A DNA stretch of 44,109 nt. It comes from Candidatus Peribacteraceae bacterium. Its GTDB lineage: Bacteria > Patescibacteriota > Gracilibacteria > Peribacterales > Peribacteraceae. The notes beneath the pieces were generated by a model. That model saw only the letters and a program-made list of their open reading frames with translations. It did no database searches and was not told where the DNA came from. The position numbers and the translations under genes are program-made. Below, in pieces: positions 9,345 to 18,921 of this stretch; the first letter of the stretch is position 1, and the number at the start of each line of letters is the position of its first letter. The stretch lies in NCBI GenBank assembly GCA_022843885.1, contig JALHMU010000003.1:1-44109 (forward strand), in the 5' to 3' direction.

Positions 9345-10256
9345 ATGCAACTCAAAGATGCGATCCACGATTTCCTGACGCACTGCGAAGTGGGCAAATA
9401 TCAAAGTAAGAAAACGATTGAAAACTACAATCATTATTTGAAGCGCTTTGAAAAATTTGCGAAAGAAACGCGCGATGTGGAAAGCATTCATAAAGGAATC
9501 ATTCAGGACTATCGATTACATTTACATAACTATAAAACACCAACCGGAGAAAACTTAGATATTAAAACGCAGCAGTATCATTTGATCGCCCTGCGCGCAT
9601 TCTTAAAGTATCTCGCCAAGAACGACATCAAAACGTATGCACCAGAAAAGATCGAATTGCCGAAAGTGCCGCAACGACAAGTAGAAGCCCTTTCTCGGGA
9701 AGAACTGGCCGATCTGTATAACGCGATTGATGTGACAAAACGAAACGGCCTGAGAGACCTCGCGATGCTTCACATGCTGTACTCAACCGGACTGCGCGTC
9801 AGTGAACTTTCGAATTTAAATCGTGAGCAAGTGAATATGAAAAAAGGTGAATTCCAAGTACGAGGAAAAGGTCGAAAGCTGCGCATTGTGTTTCTTTCCA
9901 CGGAATGCACGGAACATCTCGGTCGATATCTGGAGACGAGAAATGACAATTACAAACCTCTCTTCTTGAGTAATTCGAATCGATCAAAATCAGATATCGG
10001 TGAAGGTGAGAATCGAAGAATGCAGCCACAGGCAATCGAACGCATCGTCCGTGAAGCGGCCTTGAGAGCCAACATCATCAAGAAAGTGACCCCACACGTT
10101 CTTCGTCATACGTTTGCAACAGAGCTGCTACGCAATGGTGCGGACATCCGTTCCGTGCAGGAAATGCTGGGTCATGCATCTATTACAACAACGCAGATCT
10201 ATACGCATCTCACCAATAAGCGCCTCAAGGAGGTGCATGAGAAGTTCCATAAATAA
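9345..10256 (+). CDS. Tyrosine recombinase, XerC/XerD family
   Basis: N-terminal SAM-like domain; LYSTGLRVSEL, VRGKGRKLR, TPHVLRHTFATELL, VQEMLGHASITTTQIYTH (full R-K-H-R-H-Y catalytic set). Confidence 0.95.
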   Translation: MQLKDAIHDFLTHCEVGKYQSKKTIENYNHYLKRFEKFAKETRDVESIHKGIIQDYRLHLHNYKTPTGENLDIKTQQYHLIALRAFLKYLAKNDIKTYAPEKIELPKVPQRQVEALSREELADLYNAIDVTKRNGLRDLAMLHMLYSTGLRVSELSNLNREQVNMKKGEFQVRGKGRKLRIVFLSTECTEHLGRYLETRNDNYKPLFLSNSNRSKSDIGEGENRRMQPQAIERIVREAALRANIIKKVTPHVLRHTFATELLRNGADIRSVQEMLGHASITTTQIYTHLTNKRLKEVHEKFHK

Positions 10257-10284
10257 TTGACATAATCATAAAAAGAGGTAAAAT
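10254..10284 (+). promoter_or_regulatory. Sigma70-type promoter, copy 1 of a duplicated module
   Basis: TTGACA (10257-10262), 16-nt spacer, TAAAAT (10279-10284). Confidence 0.65.
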
Positions 10285-10328
10285 GAGATAAGGTCATTTT
10301 CCCAACGGACATACCTAGGAGAGTTCCC

Positions 10329-10649
10329 GTGAAAGACGAACTTTTGATTGCGTATTCTATCATGTACTTCGCCTTGGTGGTTGTTCCACCCATCTACATG
10401 ATACGAGGAATGTTTTTGCTCTTTGAGTACTTCGGCAAACCTCTCTGGACGACGTCGATCGTTACGCTTTTCTTGGCACTACTAGGAATTCATTGGTGGA
10501 AGCCAGAAGGGGCTCGGCATTACGGAATTTTGATCGTATGCATTCCTCTTCTCTGCCTTCTATGGAAACTGCGCGAGTATAAGTTTACTCCGCCAGTTCC
10601 AGTTCCTGGCCCCATCAGCCCTCGCGCTGATATACCCCCAGCTTCATAG
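10329..10649 (+). CDS. Hypothetical small membrane protein (about 3 TM, Pro-rich tail)
   Basis: GTG start preceded by an AGGAGAG SD; hydrophobic helices; own promoter. Confidence 0.7.
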   Translation: MKDELLIAYSIMYFALVVVPPIYMIRGMFLLFEYFGKPLWTTSIVTLFLALLGIHWWKPEGARHYGILIVCIPLLCLLWKLREYKFTPPVPVPGPISPRADIPPAS

Positions 10650-10696
10650 CTGGGGATTTTAAAATACATATTAGAGCCCTCAGAAGACCGTTTCAG

Positions 10697-10727
10697 TAAT
10701 TGACACAATAATAATATGTAATAAAAT
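10697..10727 (+). promoter_or_regulatory. Sigma70-type promoter, copy 2 of a duplicated module
   Basis: TTGACA (10700-10705), 16-nt spacer, TAAAAT (10722-10727); 24/31 identical to 10254-10284. Confidence 0.65.
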
Positions 10728-10765
10728 ATATAATGTTCTTTCGATTCCATTGGTGAGGAGAAATC

Positions 10766-11107
10766 ATGAACCCGATGCATTGGACTACGTGGGTTATAGT
10801 TGGTAACTTCGCTGTCATTTTTTGCTTCCCGATACTCGCGTTTGTGCGACGCCATCACTGGCGCAAACAAATTGCGAATCGTGAAAAAGATTGGCGACCG
10901 CTCGTTGAGCAGTTTCGACAACGCAGAAAGAGTCTGCAGTTTAAGAAACGATTCGCCATGGGCGAAGTGCCTCCTGAACCGATGATCTGGGATGAAGAGC
11001 TTTCAAACATGCTAAGCAAAGAAAGCTTTTGGACAAGCGCTTTCATGGGCATGCTCATGATGACGTGTGTCGGCATTCTCATTCTCGTCAGCTGGGCCAC
11101 CAGCTAA
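10766..11107 (+). CDS. Hypothetical small membrane protein (2 TM flanking a basic loop)
   Basis: GAGGAG SD before ATG; N- and C-terminal hydrophobic helices with an R/K-rich loop between them. Confidence 0.7.
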   Translation: MNPMHWTTWVIVGNFAVIFCFPILAFVRRHHWRKQIANREKDWRPLVEQFRQRRKSLQFKKRFAMGEVPPEPMIWDEELSNMLSKESFWTSAFMGMLMMTCVGILILVSWATS

Positions 11108-11153
11108 AGAACGTGTTCCATGAACCCGAAAAGGTTCCTGGAAATAACCCGGC

Positions 11154-11390
11154 TTAGGTCGGGTTTTTCTGTATACGTAAGATTTTCTTAGAGTTGGTTT
11201 GCCCAGAAAGAATTTCAATATCTGATTTTGCCACATCAAATTCTTTTGCCAAAAATCGAATCAATTCGAGATTGGCTTTATTGTCTTCTGGCACAGCCGC
11301 AACATCGATTTTATATGTACCGTCAGCCATGATTCCCTTGATGTGCGTTTTGGGTGCGCCGACTCGAACTTTGACTGCAATCGTTTTCAT
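11154..11390 (-). CDS. DUF167 (YggU-like) protein
   Basis: VKVRVGA...KIDVAAVPEDNKANLELIRFLAK...IEILSGQTNSKK; ATG 11390 overlaps the trmD stop (TAATG). Confidence 0.9.
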   Translation of the reverse strand: MKTIAVKVRVGAPKTHIKGIMADGTYKIDVAAVPEDNKANLELIRFLAKEFDVAKSDIEILSGQTNSKKILRIQKNPT

Positions 11391-12052
11391 TATTGAAGAT
11401 TTTCTTTGCGCCACTTTTCAATCTCACCATGATTTCCGGACAGGAGAACATCGGGCACTTTCATCTCTCGAAAAATCTCGGGACGCGTGTAATGCGGATG
11501 TTCTTTTTTTCGATCAAGTGCTTCCGAAAAACTTTCTTCATGTGAGGAAAGATCATCACCGAGCACACCCGGAATATGGCGAGCTACTGCGTCAATCAGC
11601 ACCATGGCCGGAATCTCTCCGCCGGTGAGAACATAATCCCCGATCGAGAGTTCTTCATCGATCCAACCGTCGATCACGCGCTGATCAATCCCTTCATAAT
11701 GTCCACAGATCAGGAGTAACCATTTCTTCTTCGCGATGGATTCTACTTTCTTCTGCTTCAATTTTTTCCCACGCGGCGAGAAATAGATGCGATGTGGCTT
11801 TCTCGCTTTACCGGATTTTCCCAATTCGGTGATCTTTTCGATCGCGTCTACAAGTGGCTCCGGACGCATCAGCATGCCCGCTCCTCCGCCATACGGCTTG
11901 TCATCGATCTGTTTATAATTGCCGATGCCGAATGAACGGAGATCGTGAAAATGAAGATCGAGCAGCTGATTGTCTCGCGCACGCGCGATGATGCTCTCGG
12001 TCAGAGGACCTTCGAACATTCCCGGAAATAAGGTAACGACATCGACTCGCAT
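11390..12052 (-). CDS. trmD: tRNA (guanine37-N1)-methyltransferase
   Basis: MRVDVVTLFP start at 12052; DDKPYGGGAGM, CGHYEGIDQR, SIGDYVLTGGEIPA, YTRP, LLSGNH. Confidence 0.97.
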   Translation of the reverse strand: MRVDVVTLFPGMFEGPLTESIIARARDNQLLDLHFHDLRSFGIGNYKQIDDKPYGGGAGMLMRPEPLVDAIEKITELGKSGKARKPHRIYFSPRGKKLKQKKVESIAKKKWLLLICGHYEGIDQRVIDGWIDEELSIGDYVLTGGEIPAMVLIDAVARHIPGVLGDDLSSHEESFSEALDRKKEHPHYTRPEIFREMKVPDVLLSGNHGEIEKWRKENLQ

Positions 12053-12070
12053 CTCCTTTAGTATAGCCGC
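12053..12070. promoter_or_regulatory. Bidirectional promoter with overlapping -10 hexamers
   Basis: 18-nt spacer ctcctttagtatagccgc: TAGTAT (+, 12059-12064) is 6 nt before ATG 12071; TATACT (-, 12065-12060) is 7 nt before the trmD ATG. Confidence 0.7.
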
Positions 12071-13027
12071 ATGTCCGGACAAATCGACGTTCTTATTCCG
12101 ACCTACGAGCCAAATGCCGAGTACCTCACCGAGGCGCTCAAAAATCTGCAAGCGCAGACCTATCCGCACTGGAAGGCTTTCATTCATGATGATGCTTCAA
12201 AAGTGGATGCAAAAGCCATCGTAGAGCCATTTTTGAGTGATCCTCGCATCACGTTTGAACGCAGCCCGGTCCGTCTGGGAATTGCCGGAAACTGGAACGC
12301 ATGCGCCCAAAAAACATCGAATGCCATTCTGCAATTCCTCTTTCAAGACGACCTTTGGTATCCGCAGTATTTGGAAAAAGCAGTCGAACCGTTCTCCGAT
12401 CCTTCGGTGGGCATCGTGTCCGTTGCCCATGAGTACCTCAATAAAGAAGGATTGAAACTGGAAGAATATGAAAACGTACAACTCGCACGAAAGAATGAAC
12501 TGCCATCCGGAAAAACGAACGGCATGCAATTCTTACGAAAGTGGATGCAGAGCGGCATGCATCCAAACATCGTCGGTGAACCTCCCTTCGTCATGTTTAC
12601 ACGTCAGATGTTTGAACGTGTGGGACCGTTCAATAAAGAACTGCCCCAGTCACTCGACGCTGAATATTGGATCAGAGTCTTGCAACATACCGATCTGTAT
12701 AACGTAACGGAATCAGTGGGTGCATTCCGCGTACATTCCGCAGGAACAAGCGCACAAAACCAACGTGAAGCGAAAGGAATGTTTGATCGTTTATTGATGT
12801 TCCAGCGCCTTATCAAGGAACTCAAAGGCGACGATAAAAAACTCGCGAAGAAATATACGATCATCCAATTCGGGCGCATGGTGGAGAAGTTTAAAAACCG
12901 TATGAAAGCAGAAGCCGATGCTCCAGTTGGACCGAGTAAGAAAAAAGCTCTGATGAAATTCTTCTTCAAGCATCCACTCTTCATGAGTTGGTGCGGACTC
13001 AATTACGTATTGAAAAACCCTCGTTAG
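12071..13027 (+). CDS. Glycosyltransferase family 2
   Basis: VLIPTYE, IHDDAS, LGIAGNWN, FLFQDD, IVGEP, DAEYWIR. Confidence 0.92.
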   Translation: MSGQIDVLIPTYEPNAEYLTEALKNLQAQTYPHWKAFIHDDASKVDAKAIVEPFLSDPRITFERSPVRLGIAGNWNACAQKTSNAILQFLFQDDLWYPQYLEKAVEPFSDPSVGIVSVAHEYLNKEGLKLEEYENVQLARKNELPSGKTNGMQFLRKWMQSGMHPNIVGEPPFVMFTRQMFERVGPFNKELPQSLDAEYWIRVLQHTDLYNVTESVGAFRVHSAGTSAQNQREAKGMFDRLLMFQRLIKELKGDDKKLAKKYTIIQFGRMVEKFKNRMKAEADAPVGPSKKKALMKFFFKHPLFMSWCGLNYVLKNPR

Positions 13028-13046
13028 TTTTCTACCCTCCCATCAT

Positions 13047-14006
13047 ATGAAACTCCAAAAACTCTTTGAAGCAGCCATCGAAATCGGCATTGATGCCGAC
13101 CCACGCGGTCGAAAAATGATCGAAAAGAAATTGAAGAAAACAGCTGAACAAGCGAAAAAACTCGAAGGTCGAGAAAAAGAATATTTCGATCAGGAACGCA
13201 CCTGGAACCCATACAGCGACAGCCGCATTATCAATGGCAGTGGCGATGAAGAGATTCACACCGTTGCCGTCGGTGTTGATATTGAGACACCAGAAATGCT
13301 GTTGATCGATCGTTTGCGTGAGAACGGAATGAAGATCGACGCTGCATTCATTCACCACCCGGAAGGTCGTGCACTGGCAGATCTTGAGAAGGTCATGCCG
13401 ATGCAGGTTGATATTATGATGCTGACAGGCGTTCCCGTGAACCACGCAGAAGCACTCATTCGTCCACGTATGGACCGCATTTGGCGTTCCATTCACGCTG
13501 ATAACCTCTTCCGCACAGAGCGCGCTGCCGAGCTGCTGAAAATCCCTGCATTCTGCTGCCACACACCGACTGATAACTTGGTCTGGGGCTTCATGGAGAA
13601 GAACATCTGCAAGAAAGAATACGACGATCTTGGAGAGATCTTGAATGCCATCAGCGACATCCCGGAATACAAGCACTACGCCAAGAAGGGTAATCCGCCG
13701 ATCATCGTGAATGGCTCACGCGGAGGACGTCCGGGCAAAATCTTCGCAACAGAATTCACAGGCGGCACAAATGGTCCAGAAGACTTCATGGAGCTGCAGT
13801 CACGCGCTGGCGTCGGCACGATCCTTTCGATGCACGTTCCAGAGAAGATGGTTGAAGAAGCTAAGAAGCATAATGTAAACATGATCCAGTGCAGTCATAT
13901 GGCCTCCGACTCCCTCGGTATTAACCTGATGCTCGATAAGCTCGGCAAGCTCGAAAAGAAGCTCAACGTCGTCGAGATCTCTGGATTTATTCGAGTAAAA
14001 CGTTAG
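13047..14006 (+). CDS. NIF3 (NGG1p-interacting factor 3)-like dinuclear metal-centre protein
   Basis: VGVDI, FIHHPEG, CHTPTDN and SHMASDSLG metal-ligand motifs. Confidence 0.8.
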   Translation: MKLQKLFEAAIEIGIDADPRGRKMIEKKLKKTAEQAKKLEGREKEYFDQERTWNPYSDSRIINGSGDEEIHTVAVGVDIETPEMLLIDRLRENGMKIDAAFIHHPEGRALADLEKVMPMQVDIMMLTGVPVNHAEALIRPRMDRIWRSIHADNLFRTERAAELLKIPAFCCHTPTDNLVWGFMEKNICKKEYDDLGEILNAISDIPEYKHYAKKGNPPIIVNGSRGGRPGKIFATEFTGGTNGPEDFMELQSRAGVGTILSMHVPEKMVEEAKKHNVNMIQCSHMASDSLGINLMLDKLGKLEKKLNVVEISGFIRVKR

Positions 14007-14017
14007 TATTTCACACT

Positions 14018-14245
14018 ATGTCTCTCAAATCTCGCCAAGAAGAAGTACAGAATTTATCTGATGAGGATTTTATTGAAAAGCTTCAGCAGGAAGGCTTTGT
14101 CCCTCATGGGTTAGGGAAAATCTACGAAGCAAGAATAAAAATCCTTCAAGGAGAACAGTACGTACGTGCAATGCAAATCTTGCAAAACGCAAACAGAGAC
14201 TCTACTTCAGGTCGATACGGAAAGGATCCGGAGGAGACTGATTAA
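14018..14245 (+). CDS. Hypothetical small protein (75 aa)
   Basis: Fills the gap between NIF3-like and typA; AT-richer; stop overlaps the typA stop; no motif. Confidence 0.5.
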   Translation: MSLKSRQEEVQNLSDEDFIEKLQQEGFVPHGLGKIYEARIKILQGEQYVRAMQILQNANRDSTSGRYGKDPEETD

Positions 14246-16044
14246 CGTCCTGCACGCTTGCGATCGACTTCACTGAGGAGTTTCTTGCGAAGACGGATGG
14301 ATGTCGGCGTGACTTCCACGAGCTCATCATCGGCGATGTATTCAAGTGCCTGTTCAAGTGTCATTGGATTGATTGGCGTCAGCGTCATAGCTTCGTCCGT
14401 ACCGGAAGCACGCACGTTCGTGAGCTTCTTGTTCTTTGTCACGTTCACGACCATGTCGTCGCTCTTGGCGCTCTCTCCGACGATCATCCCTTCGTAAATC
14501 TTGGTCTGTGGGAGGATGAAAAGCATGCCGCGTTCCTGGAGTTTCCAGAGGGAGTACGCCATCGATTCACCGTTTTCCATCGAGATCATCGCACCACGAG
14601 AGCGGCCTGGAAGATCACCTTTATATGCTTCATACGCGATGAACGAGTGCGCAAGAATACCTTCACCTTTTGTTTCGATGATGAAGTCACCACGGAAACC
14701 GAGGAGTCCGCGCGTTGGCACTTTGAATTCAAGACGAGTGTGTCCGTTTTCCGTACGCATATCGACGAGTTCACCTTTGCGACGAGCAAGCATTTCGATG
14801 ATCGTACCGGTGTCTGATTCTGGAACGTCGATGATCGCCTGTTCCATTGGCTCTTCCTTGCCATTTGGACCGTCACGCATGATCACTTCCGGACGAGAGA
14901 CTTGGAGCTCAAATCCTTCGCGACGCATCGCTTCGATCAACACAGACAAGTGCAATTCACCACGACCGGACACTTTATAAGAGTCCGTTCCTGGAACATC
15001 TTCGACCATAAGTCCGACGTTCGTTTCACCTTCTTTATCAAGACGAGCTTTGATGTGACGTGTCGTCACGAACTTTCCTTCCTTCCCTGCAAACGGAGAG
15101 TTGTTCACGAGGAACAACATCGAAATCGTTGGCGGGTCGATAGCAATAGCTGGCAGTGGTTCCGCATTTGGATCCGTCGTGATCGTTTCACCGACGTAAA
15201 TATCAGGGATACCGGCAATAATGACGAGTTCTCCTGCTGGTGCCTCCTGCACTTCTACGCGGTTTAGGCCTTCATTTACGAAGATCTTTGTAGCCTTACC
15301 CGTACGGCTTGAACCATCTGGTTTCTTGACCGTCACGTTCTCACCAACTTTGAGCACTCCGGAATACACACGTCCGATACCGAGGCGTCCGACGTAATTG
15401 TCGTATCCAAGTGAACTTGGTTGCATCATGAATGGACCGTCCAATTTCTGTTCAGCCTTTGGCACTTTTTCCATGATCAGATCAAACAATGGTGTGAGAT
15501 CTTTGGAATCTTGATCCAATGTTTTCTTTGCAATACCTTCACGAGCGATCGCGAAGATATACGGGAAGTCGAGTTGTTCATCCGTCGCACCGAGTGTGAC
15601 GAAGAGATCGAAGACCATATCGACAACTGCTTGTGGGCGAGCTGCTGGCTTATCGATTTTGTTGATGACGACAATCGGTTTGAGGCCCAGCTGTAGCGAT
15701 TTCTTGAGCACGAACTTCGTCTGTGGCATCGGACCTTCTTGCGCATCCACAACGAGCAACACGGAGTCGATGGTACGAAGAATACGTTCTACTTCGGATC
15801 CGAAGTCAGCGTGTCCTGGTGTATCAACGATGTTGATCTTGCAGTCTTTGTAATGGACCGATGTGTTCTTGGCGTAAATGGTGATACCGCGCTCACGCTC
15901 CTGATCGTTGCTGTCCATGATCAGCTCCTGCTCGTTCTCTTCTTGGTGCGCCTTAAATGCGCCACCCTGTTTCAAAAGGGCATCCACAAGCGTTGTTTTG
16001 CCGTGGTCGACGTGCGCGATGATAGCGATGTTACGAATGTCCAT
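14242..16044 (-). CDS. typA: Translational GTPase TypA/BipA
   Basis: [55 protein letters not shown]. Confidence 0.98.
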   Translation of the reverse strand: MDIRNIAIIAHVDHGKTTLVDALLKQGGAFKAHQEENEQELIMDSNDQERERGITIYAKNTSVHYKDCKINIVDTPGHADFGSEVERILRTIDSVLLVVDAQEGPMPQTKFVLKKSLQLGLKPIVVINKIDKPAARPQAVVDMVFDLFVTLGATDEQLDFPYIFAIAREGIAKKTLDQDSKDLTPLFDLIMEKVPKAEQKLDGPFMMQPSSLGYDNYVGRLGIGRVYSGVLKVGENVTVKKPDGSSRTGKATKIFVNEGLNRVEVQEAPAGELVIIAGIPDIYVGETITTDPNAEPLPAIAIDPPTISMLFLVNNSPFAGKEGKFVTTRHIKARLDKEGETNVGLMVEDVPGTDSYKVSGRGELHLSVLIEAMRREGFELQVSRPEVIMRDGPNGKEEPMEQAIIDVPESDTGTIIEMLARRKGELVDMRTENGHTRLEFKVPTRGLLGFRGDFIIETKGEGILAHSFIAYEAYKGDLPGRSRGAMISMENGESMAYSLWKLQERGMLFILPQTKIYEGMIVGESAKSDDMVVNVTKNKKLTNVRASGTDEAMTLTPINPMTLEQALEYIADDELVEVTPTSIRLRKKLLSEVDRKRAGR

Positions 16045-16151
16045 ACGAAGCTGCCTTCCGAAAAGAAAGCCCGGATAGGCTACGCTCTTTTTGGCCTAAA
16101 TCCAAGGGATTATGGCTACGGGAACCCATGAAGATCCGCTACAGTACGCGC

Positions 16152-17024
16152 ATGGGAAAATCATCCACATGGGGTTTAGTCTTGTCCGGCGGTGCTGCGT
16201 GGGGCATTGCGAATGCAGGCGTGATCGAAGTGCTTGAAAAAGAAGGCCTGGAGCCAGATTTCGTGGCAGGCAGCAGCATGGGCTCCATCGTTGCGGCACT
16301 GTATGCGCTGGGACTTCGCAGTAAGGAAATGAAAGAAATTTTGGAGAAGATGAAGGTGTATAAAATTGCCGCGCTCAGTGAAACACCATTCAAAGATGGA
16401 CTGCACGGCGGATTATTCCGACAACAAGTCGAAGATCTTCTCGCGCCAATCCTTGGCGATAGCGTGATTGGAAATTGTCAGATTCCCTTCGTCTGCGTTG
16501 CAGGAAAAGTACACAAACCGATCCGCTGGGAACGCATCGTTCTTCCAACATTTGTGAAAGAATTGGAGGACATCGTGGAACCTGTGACGTTCGGAAAAGA
16601 TGTTCGTATCATCGACGCGATCTTGGCTTCCAGCGCCATTCCGGTGCTCTTCTCTCCGTATCGCATCGATGGTGAAGAATACATCGATCTGTGTAACTTC
16701 GGAGCGATCCCCGCTCGATCACTCAAAGCACGATATCATCCGAATCGGATCATCGCAGTGGATACAGCATTCCGTCATGAGAGTTTGAAAAAAATTCTCC
16801 CGCACGGCTGGAGAAAGTTTTTGGAAGCGAGTAATAAAAATATTGAGGAGTCACGCGAAATTTGCGACTTCATTACCGAACCTGTGATTCCGTATGCATA
16901 TTATCGTTTCGATAAAGCAGCGGAGATCTACGAAGCCGGTAGAGCCGAAGCCGAAAAAGATCTTCCTGAAATTGTGAAGATCGTTCGGAAAGACGCGATG
17001 CATGAAAACGAACCTATTCTGTAA
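16152..17024 (+). CDS. Patatin-like phospholipase
   Basis: LSGGAAWG, GSSMG nucleophile motif, ASSAIP; the DGG motif is altered to DLC. Start set at ATG 16152, 6 nt after TACAGT. Confidence 0.9.
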   Translation: MGKSSTWGLVLSGGAAWGIANAGVIEVLEKEGLEPDFVAGSSMGSIVAALYALGLRSKEMKEILEKMKVYKIAALSETPFKDGLHGGLFRQQVEDLLAPILGDSVIGNCQIPFVCVAGKVHKPIRWERIVLPTFVKELEDIVEPVTFGKDVRIIDAILASSAIPVLFSPYRIDGEEYIDLCNFGAIPARSLKARYHPNRIIAVDTAFRHESLKKILPHGWRKFLEASNKNIEESREICDFITEPVIPYAYYRFDKAAEIYEAGRAEAEKDLPEIVKIVRKDAMHENEPIL

Positions 17025-17047
17025 AATAGAGCAACATCGCGTGAATG

Positions 17048-17392
17048 TTAGGCCATGATTTCCTTCACAAGCTTCTCGAATGTCGCTGGTTCGTTGATTG
17101 CGAGTTCGGAGAGCACTTTGCGGTCGAGCGTGACCTTCTTCTTGTTGAGCTGATTGATGAAACGCGAGTATGACACACCATGAGTGCGAACAGCTGCATT
17201 CAAGCGGATGATCCAGAGTGAACGGAAATCACGCTTCTTGAGGCGACGGTTGCGATACGCATTTTGACCAGCTTTGATGAGTGCTTCCTTTCCTTTCTTC
17301 ACCGTCGTCGAACGCATACCGCGGTATCCCTTCGTCAACGCACGAAGCTTCTTGATTCTGCGATGCCGATGAATTCCACGTTTGACGCGCAT
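17048..17392 (-). CDS. rplT: 50S ribosomal protein L20
   Basis: MRVKRG, KGYRG, KKRDFRSLWIIRLNAA, LDRKVLSELA. Confidence 0.98.
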   Translation of the reverse strand: MRVKRGIHRHRRIKKLRALTKGYRGMRSTTVKKGKEALIKAGQNAYRNRRLKKRDFRSLWIIRLNAAVRTHGVSYSRFINQLNKKKVTLDRKVLSELAINEPATFEKLVKEIMA

Positions 17393-17395
17393 GGT

Positions 17396-17590
17396 TTACA
17401 GGTGAGGGACGAGGTGACTGAGTGCATGTTCGTTCGTTTCGTGAACGAGAATGGTGCGACCGAGTCTCTTCTGACGCTTACTTTTCTGCATCAGGAGGTG
17501 ATTGCGGCTGTGTCGCTTCATAGCGAGTTTACCGGAGCCGGTTTTGCGGACACGCTTCTTCGCGCCGCTGTGAGACTTGAGTTTAGGCAT
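17396..17590 (-). CDS. rpmI: 50S ribosomal protein L35
   Basis: [21 protein letters not shown]; adjacent to rplT. Confidence 0.97.
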   Translation of the reverse strand: MPKLKSHSGAKKRVRKTGSGKLAMKRHSRNHLLMQKSKRQKRLGRTILVHETNEHALSHLVPHL

Positions 17591-17645
17591 AGGGACGCGA
17601 AAGTATAGACAGATTTACAGGAAAAGCAAAGAGCAAATCCAATAA

Positions 17646-18260
17646 TCATCCCTGCAGAATATCCTGTATCTGCTTGGCTGAATCTACACAATAATCCGGT
17701 TCTACCTTCTTGAGAATATGTAGAGGGCTGGTGCCCCAACCGACAGCAATTGACCGGATTCCCGCCATTTTGGCGGCAACAATATCCCGTTCTTCATCTC
17801 CCACGTAATACGTTTCATCTTTGGAAAGATCATGTTGCTGCACGATATCTTCTAAAACTTCATTCTTACCCGAAAGTGCACCTGCACGAAGAACAGAAAA
17901 TAACTGAATACGCTCGCCCAGCATTTTCTCCACATTCATAGGAGTATTGGACGTCACAATACCCGTCAGAGAACCTGCTTTCGCAGCTTGAAGAAATACT
18001 TCTTCCATACCAGGAACCAGATGAATATTCGCGCGTGTTTGCGCGACCGCATCGCAAATGTATCGAACAACATCTGGAAGTTCGCTCTCAGAAAATTTCA
18101 AATGAAGCAGAAATTTTTTCCAGCCCAATTCTGCCAATTGTTCACGCACGTGCGTAGGTGAAAAAGGTTTTCCTACAGAAAGAATGCGGACTTCCTGTAA
18201 AAGTGCCTCCGTTGTATCAACAATCGTGCCATCAAAATCCGAGAGAACTGCTTTCTTCAT
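17646..18260 (-). CDS. HAD-superfamily hydrolase (phosphoglycolate phosphatase-like)
   Basis: DFDGTIVDT, IVTSN, YVGDEERDIVAA, AVGWG. Confidence 0.92.
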   Translation of the reverse strand: MKKAVLSDFDGTIVDTTEALLQEVRILSVGKPFSPTHVREQLAELGWKKFLLHLKFSESELPDVVRYICDAVAQTRANIHLVPGMEEVFLQAAKAGSLTGIVTSNTPMNVEKMLGERIQLFSVLRAGALSGKNEVLEDIVQQHDLSKDETYYVGDEERDIVAAKMAGIRSIAVGWGTSPLHILKKVEPDYCVDSAKQIQDILQG

Positions 18261-18299
18261 ATGTATATTAAATAATTCCTTTTACTATTAGTCAATCTC

Positions 18300-18851
18300 C
18301 TACCGTTTGGGCTTCAGGATGACAATGAATTGATTCCCCTGCTTCTTGATCGGCTGTTCGACTTCTGCGGCATCCATGAGGCTTTCGATGAACTTCTTCA
18401 GTTTATCGATCGCATAATCTTTATTGGTGAATTCACGACCACGCAGGATGATGCCCACTTTCACGAGGTGATTCTCCGCAAGGAATTCGCGTGAGCGAGC
18501 GGCCTGACGTTCGATATCACCGGTATCCGTGCGGAATCCGAAGCGAATTGTTTTTACTTCCGACTGTTTGCTGTGCGCCTTCTGGCGCTTCTCCTTCTTA
18601 CGCATCTGATACAAGTAACTTCCGAAGTCTCCGATCTTCACGACCGGCGGAACTGCTTTCGGAGAAACTTCGATCAAATCGAGTTCTTCTGCTTTCGCAC
18701 GTGCGATGGCATCTGCGATCGGCAAACGTTCAGCTTCACCACCATCGGAAATCATGAGCACCTCCGGCGCTCTGATCTGTTCGTTAATTCTTGGGCGGCG
18801 CTCCTGCGACTGAGGACCTCGGCGATTGGAACTGGAATGACGCTGACGCAA
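18300..18851 (-). CDS. infC: Translation initiation factor IF-3 (non-AUG start, probably TTG at 18851)
   Basis: RINEQIRAPEV, LDLIEVSP, PPVVKIGDFG, RGRE; no in-frame ATG upstream of the conserved N-domain. Confidence 0.95.
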   Translation of the reverse strand: MRQRHSSSNRRGPQSQERRPRINEQIRAPEVLMISDGGEAERLPIADAIARAKAEELDLIEVSPKAVPPVVKIGDFGSYLYQMRKKEKRQKAHSKQSEVKTIRFGFRTDTGDIERQAARSREFLAENHLVKVGIILRGREFTNKDYAIDKLKKFIESLMDAAEVEQPIKKQGNQFIVILKPKR

Positions 18852-18921
18852 ATGAGAAAGGTAAAAGAAAAGGGAACCGCTCAATTGTTGAAGAAAGCAG
18901 CGTCTACGTCAAGCTCTTCGG

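Noticed and set aside
10255-10282. dif site next to xer
   Set aside because: Only one arm resembles a Xer box; the other arm does not fit, and the sequence is explained by a -35/-10 promoter.
9345-11150. Integron (integrase plus cassettes) or prophage integrase
   Set aside because: The recombinase is a ~300-aa Xer type without the IntI-specific insertion. I found no attC-like paired R/L boxes around the small ORFs and no phage genes.
12053-12187. N-terminal extension of trmD overlapping the GT2 gene
   Set aside because: The conserved TrmD N-terminus starts at 12052 and has a -10 box; the extension is a longest-ORF artefact, as for gpmA, the amine oxidase, 38881 and 41747.
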